From NCBI RefSeq assembly GCF_009914755.1, contig NC_060927.1: a DNA stretch of 64,000 nt. One strand, given 5' to 3'. Made by a program: the position numbers and the translations under genes. Under the pieces are notes generated by a model. The model had not been told where the DNA came from. It did not search any database and saw only the letters and a list, made by a program, of their open reading frames with translations. Positions 1 through 13,910 of the stretch are shown piece after piece; position 1 is the stretch's first letter, and every line of letters starts with the position of its first letter. The stretch comes from the human T2T-CHM13v2.0 reference genome, Homo sapiens.

Positions 1-678
1 ATTTAAAGTATTATATTTTTGATTTTGCTATAATGTGTGTCAATTACCAGTCGATAGTGCATTTTTTCTAACACCTCTGTGTTCATGTGTATGTAATTTT
101 ATTTTTGGGGTTAGAATATAGTGGCACATTTCGCAATCAGGTAAATCTGCAGGTGACAGTCAAGTGAATTTAAACACTATAGTCTTTAATTATAATTCCA
201 ACAAATAGCCTGCAAGTAGTTAAAGAGAAATGGATGATGGCTGTGGTAAAGCAGACAATAACAAGTTCATCAGAGTGACGACTAATGTTAATTTTCTTCT
301 CTTCCATGAATAACTTTATTCACTCTGTGATTGATGATCTGCATTTTTGTAAGAAATCATAGGGGCAGATAGTTTAAAATAACAGATGAACCCCTAAATC
401 ATTTATACGTAACCTTAGAAAGACTTCTAAAACTTGGACAGGGAGTGGATTCACATCGTTATTTCTTCCTTTAGCTAAAACTGCAATGTGAGGTGACCCA
501 AAGAAATTCCGGGTAAAGGAGGAAAGCCCTAAAATTATCAATTTTGATTACACATTGTGACTTGCCCTTAGGTTGTTCTGCTTATTTCTCTAACTAAAAG
601 TCTAGTCCCTGTTTGTTCTTTATTATTTTGCTGATTTATCCTAACCAAAGACCAAATACATGATTATAGGCCAAGAAT

Positions 679-996
679 GGTTCTGGTTCTGCAGGTTGTA
701 CGAGAAGCTTGGAGCTGGCATCCGGTCCTGCTGAGGCTGCAGGAGGCTTACAGTCAATCAAGCAGAAGAATAGTGGGAGCATGCATGTCACATGGCAAGA
801 GTAAGAGAGAGATGCCAGGCTCTTTTAAACAATCAGATTCTGCAGTAACAGAGTGAGGAGTCATTCATTACTGCAAAGACCGCACAAGCCATTCATGAGG
901 GATCCATCCTCATGACAAAGACCTCCCACTAGGCGCCAATCACGTTAGGAATTACATTTCCACATGACAACTGGAACAAGTATCCAAACCATATCA
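679..996 (-). mobile_element. MaLR LTR, MSTA/MSTB-like (partial)
   Basis: The reverse complement begins TGATATGGTTTGGATA. It contains the MST-type segments CCATTCATGAGGGATCC and ACCTCCCACTAGG. Confidence 0.8.
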
Positions 997-1094
997 GTTA
1001 TTAATAATGGTTTCCTCTGCTGCAAAAGCCTCAACAGCAACAATTAAAATGATTCCTATGAATAATTATTCTTATTTTTAAAAAAATCTAAATT

Positions 1095-2331
<1,237 letters not shown>

Positions 2332-2458
2332 ATCTGATACAAGAATACTGACCCTCACTCTTTTTTCTTTTCCATTTGAGTGATAGATCTTTCTCCATTT
2401 CTTTACTTTAAGCCTATAGGCGTCATTACATTTGAAATTGGCCTCTTGCAGTAGCAGA
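2332..2458 (-). mobile_element. L1 ORF2 endonuclease-region fragment
   Basis: The reverse complement resembles the ORF2 segment CxQETH..[30 protein letters not shown]. Compare 34570-34700 in this window. Confidence 0.75.
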
Positions 2459-2857
2459 AAGAAGGGAAAGTTCTAAAAAATTATAAAATGTTATATCTAT
2501 ATATTGAAAGAACGAACTTTTATTTGATGAAAAAGATGAATATAAAAGAGTATTTTAAAGAATGTATTTAATTTTGGAAGACATTACAAAAACAAAATAG
2601 ATTGTTTAAAAAACTTGTGAAATTTTAAATGTTTTGTAATTTTCATGTTTATGATGATTTATTAAATTAGAAAATCATCTTTAAAACTTATAGCAGTATG
2701 TTTTATCAAAGAACAAGCAGTATCTCCTAAAAATCTATTATATTTTGAATTAAATCCTTTATTTTTCTTAAAGCGTAACCAGGAGGAAGGTTATGGGGTT
2801 GTGGGACAGATGTAGAGTAGCCAAGATAATTGGCCTTCAAATGTCATCTTTTCTAAA

Positions 2858-2974
2858 GCTATCTATCTGTCTATCTATTTATCTATCTATCTATCCATTT
2901 ATCTATATATCTATTATGTATCTATATGTATTTGTGTGTGTGTTTGTATATATATAAATATATATACATATACA
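2858..2974. repeat. (TCTA)n/(TA)n/(TG)n compound microsatellite
   Basis: Seen directly. Confidence 0.85.
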
Positions 2975-3915
2975 CAGTCCATCCTCATTATCTGTAGATT
3001 CTGTATTTGTGAAATTGCCTACTCACTAAAATTTATCTGTAACCTCAATATTAACACCTGAGGCATTTTCATAGTAATGGACATACACACAGTGGCAAAA
3101 AATTTGGGGCCCAGCAGCACATGTTCCCAGCCAAGATCAAACAAGGTGACATTCTGCCATTTGTTTCACCTCTCATACTGCAAAAACATTTCCTTTTCAT
3201 GGTCTGTTTGTTGCCAAGTTTTTTTTTTTTTTGTGTATTTTCTGGGCTTTTTTGTAGGTTATTTCACTGTTAAAAATGTGCCCCAAGCATTGTGCTGAAG
3301 TGCTGTCTAGTGTTCCTACTTGAAAGAAGGTTGTGATGTCTCTTTCACAGAAAATAACAACAACAACTGTTAGATAAGCTCCCTTCAGGCATGAGCTATA
3401 ATGCTGTTGGTCCTAAGTTCAATGTTAATGAATCAATAATGTGGGCAAGGGGAAATTCATGATTTGTATATCGGTCACTCTGGAAAGTACCAAAGTAACA
3501 TCTATAGTGAATGATGAAACTACGGTAAAGGTAGAAAAACTGCTAAATTTGTGAACTCGAGATTGCATCTGATTTTTAAAAACTTATTGCATAACACTGC
3601 TGTGAGGTTGAAAACCGATGTCTGATCATGTTACTCAAAGTCAGGAAAATGTAAGACCCTTTACATCTAGTGATTTATTATAAATTAATACTGCATATAA
3701 TTAGTGTAAGAAATATGTATTAAATAAAATGGATTTAAACGGAAACACGCATAAAATAAGCTTATGTATTGATAAGCTGAGAGAAATACCGTGACCCGAG
3801 GTTCACGGGAATTTAACCCTGCATTTTCCCAATGAGCAATGGCTTTGTATTTACTAATTCAGTGTTTATGGTGACTTTGTAATACAAAAGTACTCTGAAT
3901 AAAGGGAATTAACTG
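2975..3915. mobile_element. TcMar-Tigger DNA transposon fossil (Tigger6/MER82-like)
   Basis: Termini CAGTCCATCCTCATTAT and AATAAAGGGAATTAACTG form imperfect TIRs. The internal GCTGAAGTGCTGTCTAGTGTTCCTA is typical of MER82/Tigger6. Confidence 0.7.
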
Positions 3916-5534
3916 TGTACAATACATATACTCAGAAGGTCAACTTCATGACTTTATTGAGAGTCCAGTATGTGAATAAATAACGTTAAGAATTGACATT
4001 TGCGTAATGTTTTCCATGTTAAAAACCTGAGGTGTTTTCATGTATATTATATTCAGGGAGCCAGGATTTTATTGATTTCAAAATGTTGTTTCAATAGCAA
4101 TAGCTTTGATATATGTATATTGAACAGAAATTCTATTAATAATTTCAAAGTACCTGCAATAGTGTTTTTTGACTATAATCAGGACTCCTAACAACAACAA
4201 TTACAATGAAAAAACAAAGCATACTGATGTTCTTCAAGGACACAGTATGATTGACAGAGTCAAAAATAATAACAATTAATGAGGGAAAATTCTCACAGGA
4301 AATCTGAATTTTTCTTTAGTGAATTTTACATTCTGACAATGTTTCGTTTTTCAGTCATCATGACTTTTGGTTTGTAGTAAAGAGGTCAGGTATTTAAAGA
4401 TCTCCTACTGGTTAAGCTGCTCTAAAGTTCCCTTGGTAGATCTACTATTTTGACACTCAAATTGTCTCAATTATAAACTCTGACATTCTCATTGGCAATT
4501 ATCGGCCACTGTTGTGTGTGTGTGACAAATGAAATTAATTTTAGCTTAAATATATTTATGATTATAATTAATTTATATTACGTAAATTAATATTAATGTA
4601 TTATTAAATAATCTATCAAGTAGTAATTTAATTCTAAAATTTTATATATTTTAAGTATTTCATTTTAATACTTCTTATACAGATGAATGCGTTCCTTTGA
4701 TTTGGATTCATGTACCTTTTTAAGATACAGTTGGGAAAAGAAAGTAAGGTGTTTCTATTTTCTTTCCTAATGTTATGGTAGCGGGGACATTATTGATGGA
4801 GCAACCTTAGGCTGTCTTAAGATTTAATTATTTTACAGCTTTTCCTAGCAAGGAGCAAAATTAGGCTGCTTTTCCTGATGTCTAAGAATTCCTTCCCTGG
4901 GTTTCCAAAATAGACGTCACATGAATTAAACCTTATGTGGAAAACTGATAAGATTTTTCAGAAAACCAGATAGATTTCAAGTTTTCAAAATATTGAAAGA
5001 ATGAGTAGAGTGCTGCTTAGTTCTACAATTACTGATATGTTTTACAAATGTTATGATAGAAAGACTTGGCCTATTGATTCAACTTTTAATTTATTACTCA
5101 GTAATTACAGTTGTGAATAGAGTCCCAAAATAATAATATTAGGGAGAGCATTTATTTGTGTATTGCCAAAAGAAACTATTTTACCTCTATATGCTTTTCA
5201 GTTCAGTTTTTCCTAACATTCTGTGAAAGGTTTGGTGAACAAAATTGCATTATTTATCCAGCGCTTCTTTAAACTTTTTGGTTTTTTAGGCAGTAAAACA
5301 GCAGAATATATATTTTTTCAGGAATCATAGTTTATTTTCTATAAAAAAATGGTAAAAATGCTCTAGTTAATCAGTTTAAAAATGCATATGTTTGCAACAG
5401 TTTCCAGCTCCGAAATTGGAATGTTTGATTATAAATGATATATTATACTTTAATTGGTAAAGTTTCATCTCTTAGTAATACATAAAATAATGGTGTGTCT
5501 TATAATTGATGGCTTATTGGTTTTGATGAAATAA

Positions 5535-5862
<328 letters not shown>

Positions 5863-7980
5863 TGCTACTTTTTACTTGATGTGAACACTTCCTATTGTTG
5901 AGATTATGTTTGCCATGCAGTCACTGAAATTTCTCAAGGTCTTGATTTTCAAAGGGAGTTTTGCAATTAAGCTCTCAGACTATCAAAGCCAAAATGGGCA
6001 TTTCCCTCATTCAATTTCTGTGGATATATGTGAAAACATAGCCAAAGATATTATTAAATATCCACAGAAATTATTAAAACCATTACATTTAAATTTATTA
6101 AAATATAAACGAATGTCACCAGTTGTTTTCAGATTACCAACCAAAAATCTGAAGTACTCATATAATGATTTCAATTCAGTTTTACTTATTTGCACATCTT
6201 TATATCAAGCCTTTAATGATTTGGTCAAAGCAAATAAAATAATTAAAATGTGGTGATTAGGATAATGTAACATCTATTTTACTTGAAAGATTGGTATTAA
6301 ATGTCAATGACTTTAAAAGTTTTAAGTATCTTCTCCTTAAATATTAGAGAAAAGATTGAGCAGAATGACACTTAAGCCTTAGATTTTGTGTAAATGCCTA
6401 CCTGATGCAGAGTAAACCATTTTCACCTATGCTTCCATCCTTTGTTAAGTTAGGAAAAATAACATTTTTCACAGGAATTTACCAAGCCTTCCTTGAGATG
6501 AAATAGTATTATCAACACAGCAGGTACTCAATAAATATTTTGGAATGAGAGAATAAAGAATTGTAAGAGACCTAACGTTGTATGAATTTTTAAAAATATT
6601 ATTACCAGTTAGCTTGAAAATATATGACACCAGACAACTTAAATTCAAATTACTAGAAGAGAATAACAATATATTTATATCATAATTTATACTTCAATAT
6701 GTATTTACATATTCTTTTGTATTTAGCAGTCATTAAAACATTACATACATGTATATACACGCACATATATATTTGAATATGCACATATATGTATATCTTC
6801 GTTTAATACTTTGCCAGTGGTTGCTACCAATGAGAACATGCTCTTGGGTTTGATAATCAGTTAACGTATAAAATGTACATTGTATGAGAATAATGTAAAT
6901 TTTTTGAAAAGCCAATTAAAACATTTATTATATCTCCTTTCTTGTCCTTAAGCCAAACACAGTCTATCTCTAAGGTAGTACAAAAGGATATCACACAATT
7001 GGCTAGAGAAAAGACTAATATAATTCTTCTTCTAAGAAAGCATGAATTTAAACGCTGAAAAAATGCAGGAAGTATTACAAAAGAATGAGAGAGTAGTGAC
7101 TGAGACTTTAGGATTCAATAAAGTACACATCACAATGAAACTTTATTAAAAATGGCTTAAAGTAAAGGATACACGGAGTAAGTAATTGAGTAGATGAATT
7201 GAAATATTACTGAGATGTAAGATGTCACACCTAGGTAGAGTTTATTTACTTGTTTTCTAGAAACCCCTTAATCCACCTAGTTTCCTTCTGACCACTATTT
7301 CTTGCCACTTCAGTGAATGGAGTTCAGAATGCTGTAGATTTCAGGTCTTGCAAAGGAAAACAAAATTGCTCAATTAGACTCTTGAGAAAGGCTTCATTTG
7401 TCATTGTGAATTACTTTGGTCGTTGGCTACTCTTAAGGAGGAAAAAGGAAAGGGAATGAGGGATCATGCTCTGTGAACAGGTCAGATTAAACTAGCTAGA
7501 AGGGTTCATAGTGTCATATATATTGTTAAAAAAAAAGAAAAAGAAAAAGAGAAAAAGAATCTTTGATAGCCAATAACTTAATTATCTGCAACTATCAGTT
7601 TGGAAGGGCTTTTAAACATGTCCAAAATGTCTACCAAATTTTCAACAGGAGTGACAGCAGATTTTTAAGTAAGAAAAAAAATGTAGCAGTCTTTCTAGAA
7701 TAAAACTCTGACAGACTATGATGAATTACCTTATTATAGCTGCTCGCATGACAAATGTACTTGATCACTGTTTCTTCCTGGGAATAGTTGAGCTTATCCA
7801 GAGGCAAAAGTTGAAAGGAAATGAGAGCTAACTAGTAATCTTAAGTGTAATACATCAGCATTTCTATAAAAGTATTCAAGAAAACCTTATCAATTACTGT
7901 TTATGTCAACAGAAAGTATTTCTTCTATTCCCTCATGATATAACCTTTTTTTGAGGATTTAAGTGATATAGATCCCTTTT

Positions 7981-8030
7981 TAAAAGATTGTAAAAGAAAA
8001 ATTGTAAAAGATTGTAAAAGAAAAAAAGAT
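7981..8030. repeat. Short tandem repeat of ATTGTAAAAG(AAAA)
   Basis: About 4 copies, seen directly. Confidence 0.7.
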
Positions 8031-9073
8031 TTTTATTTTACAAGTTCTATAAGGTATCCAGCTTTAAAAAAGATCCTCAGATAGGTTCCCACCCTAAGTT
8101 TTAGTTGAAATGGTAGCCACACATACCATTTCATAAATGTAAAAACATAAAGTTTTACTTATTCAAATATTTTTATATGAAGAAATGACAATTCAGAAAA
8201 ATAGTGGAATTAAGAAAACTCAGTGGATGTTAAAAATGTTTACTGAGTAAAAAATTTCTCAACAAGTTTATTTAAAGAAATATTTTGATTTCTGAATTTT
8301 TAACATTTCATTTCTGGATTTGCATAAGCATGCTTCTGTTGGAAAATATGCTCAGGAAGTCAAATGCATTGACAAAACAGTTATATTGATTTTTATTCCA
8401 CTATTTAAGGATGAATTGTAAATAAGTCTCCTGGGTTTCATAATTTTAAATAATGCATGTATAAAGCTAAGGATTTTGGTCATTACTTAGAAATTTAATG
8501 GTAGGTTAGGTTGCATTGTTTTGCATTATTTTTCTTTATTTGAATGTAACACAATCTAGATCATGCTGGATCATTCTTTTATTATTTCTTTGAAGAATTG
8601 TGTTTCCTGAGTAGGTTGAGTATTTTATAGACAACACATTAATAGTCAAATACTTATGAACTGTCAACACCGTATTGTATATTTCTCTACATACCAATTT
8701 GGATAATTGGAGTTAATGAGACCAAACGATCAAAACTAGTGTGATGTGTTCAGATAGTACATGATGTAGGAAGATCCAGCTATAAAACTATCACTTCAAA
8801 GTGGTCAATACAGATGCTCAGTGAAGCTTAGTTTTTGAAATATTATGTACCTAAGCAACACAATGAATGACTTTGCTGAGTGAATTTTACAAACCTATAG
8901 TCTTTTCTGCATTTCATTAATTCTCTTAGAGTGCACTGTGTTAAGGCAGAATGTATTACGTGTGAATAAGAAGTGTCCAGTAATTTTCGAAGTGCAGATT
9001 GTGATCCATTAGTGAATTACCTTAACAGTTCAGATGTTTATGACAAGAATCAAACATAGATAATAGAAAATAT

Positions 9074-10288
9074 TGTGTCCGGACTTGGTGGGTTCTTGGT
9101 CTTACTGACTTAAAGAATAGAAGCCGCTGACCCTCGCGGTGAGTGTTACAGTTCTTAAAGGCGGCGTGTCCGGAGTTTGTTCCTTCTGATGTTCAGATGT
9201 GTTCGGAGTTTCTTCCTTCTGGTGGGTTCGTGGTCTCGCTGGCTCAGGAGTGAAGCTGCAGACCTTCGCGGTGAGTGTTATAGCTCTTAAGGTGGCGCGT
9301 CTGGAGTTGTTCCTTCCTCCCGGTGGGCTCGTGGTCTCGCTGGCTTCAGGAGTGAAGCTGCAGACCTTCGCGGTGTTACAGCTCATAAAGGCAGTGTGGA
9401 CCCAAAGAGTGAGCAGTGGCAAGATTTACTGCAAAGAGCAAAAGAACAAAGCTTCCACACTGCGGAAGGGGACCGGAGCGGGTTGTCACTGCTGCTCGGG
9501 CAGCCTGCTGTTATTCTCTTATCTGGCCCCACCACATCCTGCTGATTGGTAGAGCCGAGTGGTCTGTTTTGACAGGGCGCTGATTGGTGCATTTACAATG
9601 CCTGAGTTAGACACCAAGCTTCTCCATGTCCCCACCAAATTCAGGAGCCCAGCTGGCTTCACCCAGTAGATACCTCACCGGGGCTGCAGGTGGAGCTGCC
9701 TGCCAGTCCCGCGCCGTGCGCCCGCACTCCGCAGCCCTTGGGTGGTCGATGGGACTGGGCTCCGTGGAGCAGGGGGCGGCGCTCATCGGGGAGGCTCGGG
9801 CCGCACAGGAGCCCACGGAGGGGGTGGGAGGCTCAGGCATGGCGGTCTGCAGGTCCCGAGCCCTGCCCCGCGGGAAGGCAGCTAAGGCCCGGCGAGAAAT
9901 AGAGCGCAGCGCCGGTGGGCCGGCACTGCTGGGGGACCCAGTACACCCTCCGCAGCCGCTGGCCCGGGTGCTAAGCCCCTCATTGCCCGGGGCCGGCAGG
10001 GCCGGCCGGCTGCTTCGCGTGCGGGGCCCGCCAAGCCCACGCCCACCCGGAACTCCAGCTGGCCCGGAAGCGCCGCGCGCAGCCCCGGTTCCCGCTGGCG
10101 CCTCTCCCTCCACACCTCCCTGCAAGCTGAGGGAGCCGGCTCCGGCCTTGGCCAGCCCAGAAAGGGGCTCCCACAGTGCAGCGGCGGGCTGAAGGGCTCT
10201 CAAGTGCCGCCAAAGTGGGAGCCCAGGCAGAGGAGGCGCCGAGAGCGAGGGAGGGCTCTGAGGACTGCCAGCACGCTGTCACCTCTCA
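9074..10288 (-). mobile_element. Solo ERV9 LTR, LTR12C-like
   Basis: The reverse complement starts TGAGAGGTGACAGCGTGCTGGCAGTCC and ends AAGAACCCACCAAGTCCGGACACA (TG...CA). A 4-bp TSD ATAT lies at 9070-9073 and 10289-10292. U3 is CpG-rich and U5 has tandem repeats. Confidence 0.95.
9485..9590 (-). promoter_or_regulatory. LTR12 core promoter (CCAAT x2, GATA, variant TATA-like box)
   Basis: ATTGG at 9545-9549 and 9583-9587; CTTATCTG at 9518-9525. The TATA-like box reads AATAAC on the - strand (9510-9515). Confidence 0.65.
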
Positions 10289-11611
10289 ATATCACAAGTG
10301 TAAGAAAGGTTATTGTTTTATGTAACTTGTGTTTCAGTTCAGTATATATGCGTATATTCATATATACAAATGTGCTCACAGGATCACATTACACAGTGCA
10401 TTTCTTTCCTCTGGGGTGTAGCCAAAAACTGAAAATCTAGGAGGGGAATCATTGATTAACACAGTAACAGCAAATAAACTTAGCCCACATTTGAGACCTT
10501 AGGTAAAGTTCTCCTCTCTGCTGTTCATCAGAACCACCTGTGGAGGTTCTGAAACATACAGAAGAATGTTTCTGATTATACCAATTAAATCCCAAACACT
10601 TGGTGTGGGATAACATTAATGTGTTTTGCTTTTGATTTAGAGCTCTCCAGGCAGTTAGGGTATGCAACTAAGTCACAGAACCTTTGTCATAAAGTAGCCA
10701 TCATATGTTAGAGATATATTACATTCTATGATTATACAAACTTTTATCTGTGTACCAGTCAATGACAGGAGTATCATAAAGACAAGTAGGACAATTAATT
10801 GATCAAGAGTGTTGTAAATATTGGAAACATTAAGAATGCAGTAATTGATTTTCCATCTTCTTTGAATTAAACATATGTTAGCTCTAGTCAAACAGCAATG
10901 AAACATGTTTGGTATTTTTGCTTTCGGTTATTGTTTTTGGGTTTTTTTGGTATGTTAAATTCATAATTTCAGCTTTAATATTTTTTTGCTATAGGTCAAG
11001 TTTTCCTTTATCTGACATGTCCACAATTCTTACAGTCCTTCTTTTTTAGAATAGTCAAATCTGATCCTTTTGTTTGATAAGGCAAAAGACAATTAAAACT
11101 TGCATTATAATACTACTGCAATTTCTACTATCAGCGCCAGGGTGTACAGAGGAGTAAACTATTTCCCCTGCATTATTTTCATCATCATTATTTGGTGCCT
11201 ATTGTTTTGTGCATCAGGTAAATTGTGGAGATAAGGGCAGCATATACAAAGTAAACAAGTAGATTTGGACTTCAGTGTTCTTTTTCACTTTGTGTTGTTT
11301 GTTTTGTTCTGCTTAATTTAGCTGCTCTTTAGCTTGTAACTCTCAAAGTCAGTGGAAAGTCAAAGTCAGAGAAGATCTAAATGTTATAAACAAGTTTGAC
11401 CAGCCCCAGTGATGTGTATAAGTTTGACATCTATTTAGAATGTATGAATTGGACCAGGACATGCAACATTAACTTTCCAGCCTTATTCCTGATAGTTTTC
11501 AATAACATGTTAAAATTCAGCAGCATGTGTTGAAATGTAAAATGAACACAGCATAAATTTAAAATGAAATAATTTCAGAGTTTGTATTTTAATTACACAA
11601 AAGTCTTCTGA

Positions 11612-11748
11612 TTTTTTTTTTATTTTTTTAAGAGCCGGGATATCACTATGTTGCCCAGGCTGGACTCCAACTCCTGAGCTCAAGTAGATCCTCCTGCGTT
11701 AGCTTCCCAAAAAGCTAGGACTACAGGCACACACCATACCCCATGGCT
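11612..11748 (-). mobile_element. FLAM (Alu monomer)
   Basis: Poly-T plus a single arm, TCACTATGTTGCCCAGGCTGGACTCCAACTCCTGAGCTCAAG. Confidence 0.85.
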
Positions 11749-12231
11749 TCTGCTATTTACTCCTCAGTCTGTTTGGCCTTTGTGTTTTTGGATTCATGTT
11801 AATTCTTTTTAACTGATATATACTTCATGAAAGATGAAATACTGGCATGGTAATTTCAATAATTTTTGCACTACAATTCCTCTCTTTTATTAAAAGTAAA
11901 ATTATCATTATAGAATTAACTACCAAAAATACAGTGTTTTGCCCAACATTTTAAATGTTATAGTCCCAAAAATAAATATTCTAACACTTAAGTTATTTAC
12001 TTTAAAGCACTATGCTACAGAATAATTTATCTAAAACAAGGTTTTTAAGTATGAAAAACATTAATTATGATAGTAAAATAAATGTATGAAGGTAACCAGG
12101 AGAATGTGTTTCCAAGTTTGTATTTAAATTCAGCTATGCAGATATATAATATTTGTAAAGTTATTTCTGTGAAAAAGAATCCATATGTACTTATTATTTT
12201 AAGAAAGGTTTTTGCCCTGTCACCCAGTGTA

Positions 12232-12541
<310 letters not shown>

Positions 12542-13084
12542 TAAACGACAACAAAAAAATACATTATATCTTTGTTATGAAACATTATTTATATCCAAAC
12601 ATTATTTGAAATCCATATGATCTGTCACTTTGCAAGTTTAGCTCCTCCATTAGGCAATCATTTCTTCAAGGAATATAATCTTAGTTAACATATTTGTCTT
12701 CATAACTCTAGGGCCCTCCATGGTGTTTAAATGAGAGAGTGAAAGAAAGAAGAATTTAAACTTTTGTGCTCCTCAGCAATATTATATTTAAGGATTTTTA
12801 CATATCAATATTTTCTCATGCTCTCAAAATGTATCAAAGAAAGTTAATAAGCATATCTGTTTCTGGGGGATAATTTAACCAATTTTACACTTGTGGCAGC
12901 ATCTAGGTATGCAATTACAAATAAAATGTTCTTGCACTTTTTAAAAGTGCAGTTACTGTTTACCTGAGTTGTAAAAACTATAGATATCTGATGAATTTTG
13001 CCTTGGATATGCATTTTTGCTTATTTTGGCACAATAGTGAGTCTCCTTATCAATAGTAATGATTTCTTACATGTCTCAACATGT

Positions 13085-13190
13085 CCCAGTGGAAAGATCT
13101 TTGAAGATTATCTATTCCAACTGCCTTCAATATATAGATCAGGAAAGAAAGTACAAAGAGGTGAAATCTTGGACTTGCCTTCATGGACTG
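13085..13190 (-). mobile_element. MIR-family fragment
   Basis: GGAAAGATCTTTGAAGATTATCTATTCCAAC...TAGATCAGGAAA...AGAGGTGAA...GACTTGCC resembles a decayed MIR core. Confidence 0.5.
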
Positions 13191-13875
13191 TCCTATTTCG
13201 CTTCAGAAATAGGCCTCCATGAGCACGTATTGTTTTCTGTATTATATCCTTTGGCTTTTTATGACCTACTATTTCACCTGATAACCACAATATTATTATT
13301 TGATGAATTACATATTATTAGACATTTCCCCCCCAAAATAACCTATCCCAGTAGTCAGCAAACTATGACTCTTTGTAGAAACAGTTTCCTGGTCTCTGTC
13401 TTATACTATGATCTAAATAATGTGTATTCTGTGAAGAGACAGACAGTTTAGCTGTGCATAAGCAAGTTTGTTGCTAACCCTTGTGCAGAAACAGAGACTA
13501 CACTTTAAAAAGGCAAACACTTTTTCTACTTCCAGCTACTTGGATGTTGGACCTGAGAGGGGTTAAGGTGACAGTAAAAGCCTCAATTAAAGTGAGAAAG
13601 AATGGGTTCTGGAATAAAAGAACTCAAAGGGCAAAATAAAATATGGGAAATGCTTTCGGCTAGAAGATTAGTATCTCCTTATCTGAGAAAAGAAGTCTCA
13701 GTGGGAATCAGGTAAATGTATAAAGGAAAATTCTTTGGTCTTGTTTTAAGTTTAATAATGAATAAGCCCAGTAGTTTAGGACTTTAGAGATTTTAAAACC
13801 TGAGTGCAAAGTGGGAAAAGAACAGAGTGAATTTTCTGAGTGAAAACGAAGAGCCTCATCCTGAAAGGATATCTC

Positions 13876-13910
13876 TGTGTGTGTATGTGTGTGTGTGTGT
13901 GTGTGTGTGT
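13876..13910. repeat. (TG)n microsatellite
   Basis: Seen directly. Confidence 0.95.

Noticed and set aside
5906-6256. 116-aa ORF
   Set aside because: Random AT-rich composition with no recognisable motif.
9102-10440. Overlapping 70-198 aa ORFs
   Set aside because: They lie in or start within the GC-rich LTR12C. They are stop-poor by composition and show no domain.
12998-13451. 74- and 130-aa ORFs as a possible exon or pseudogene
   Set aside because: The core resembles a decayed MIR. There is no recognisable homology or convincing splice frame.
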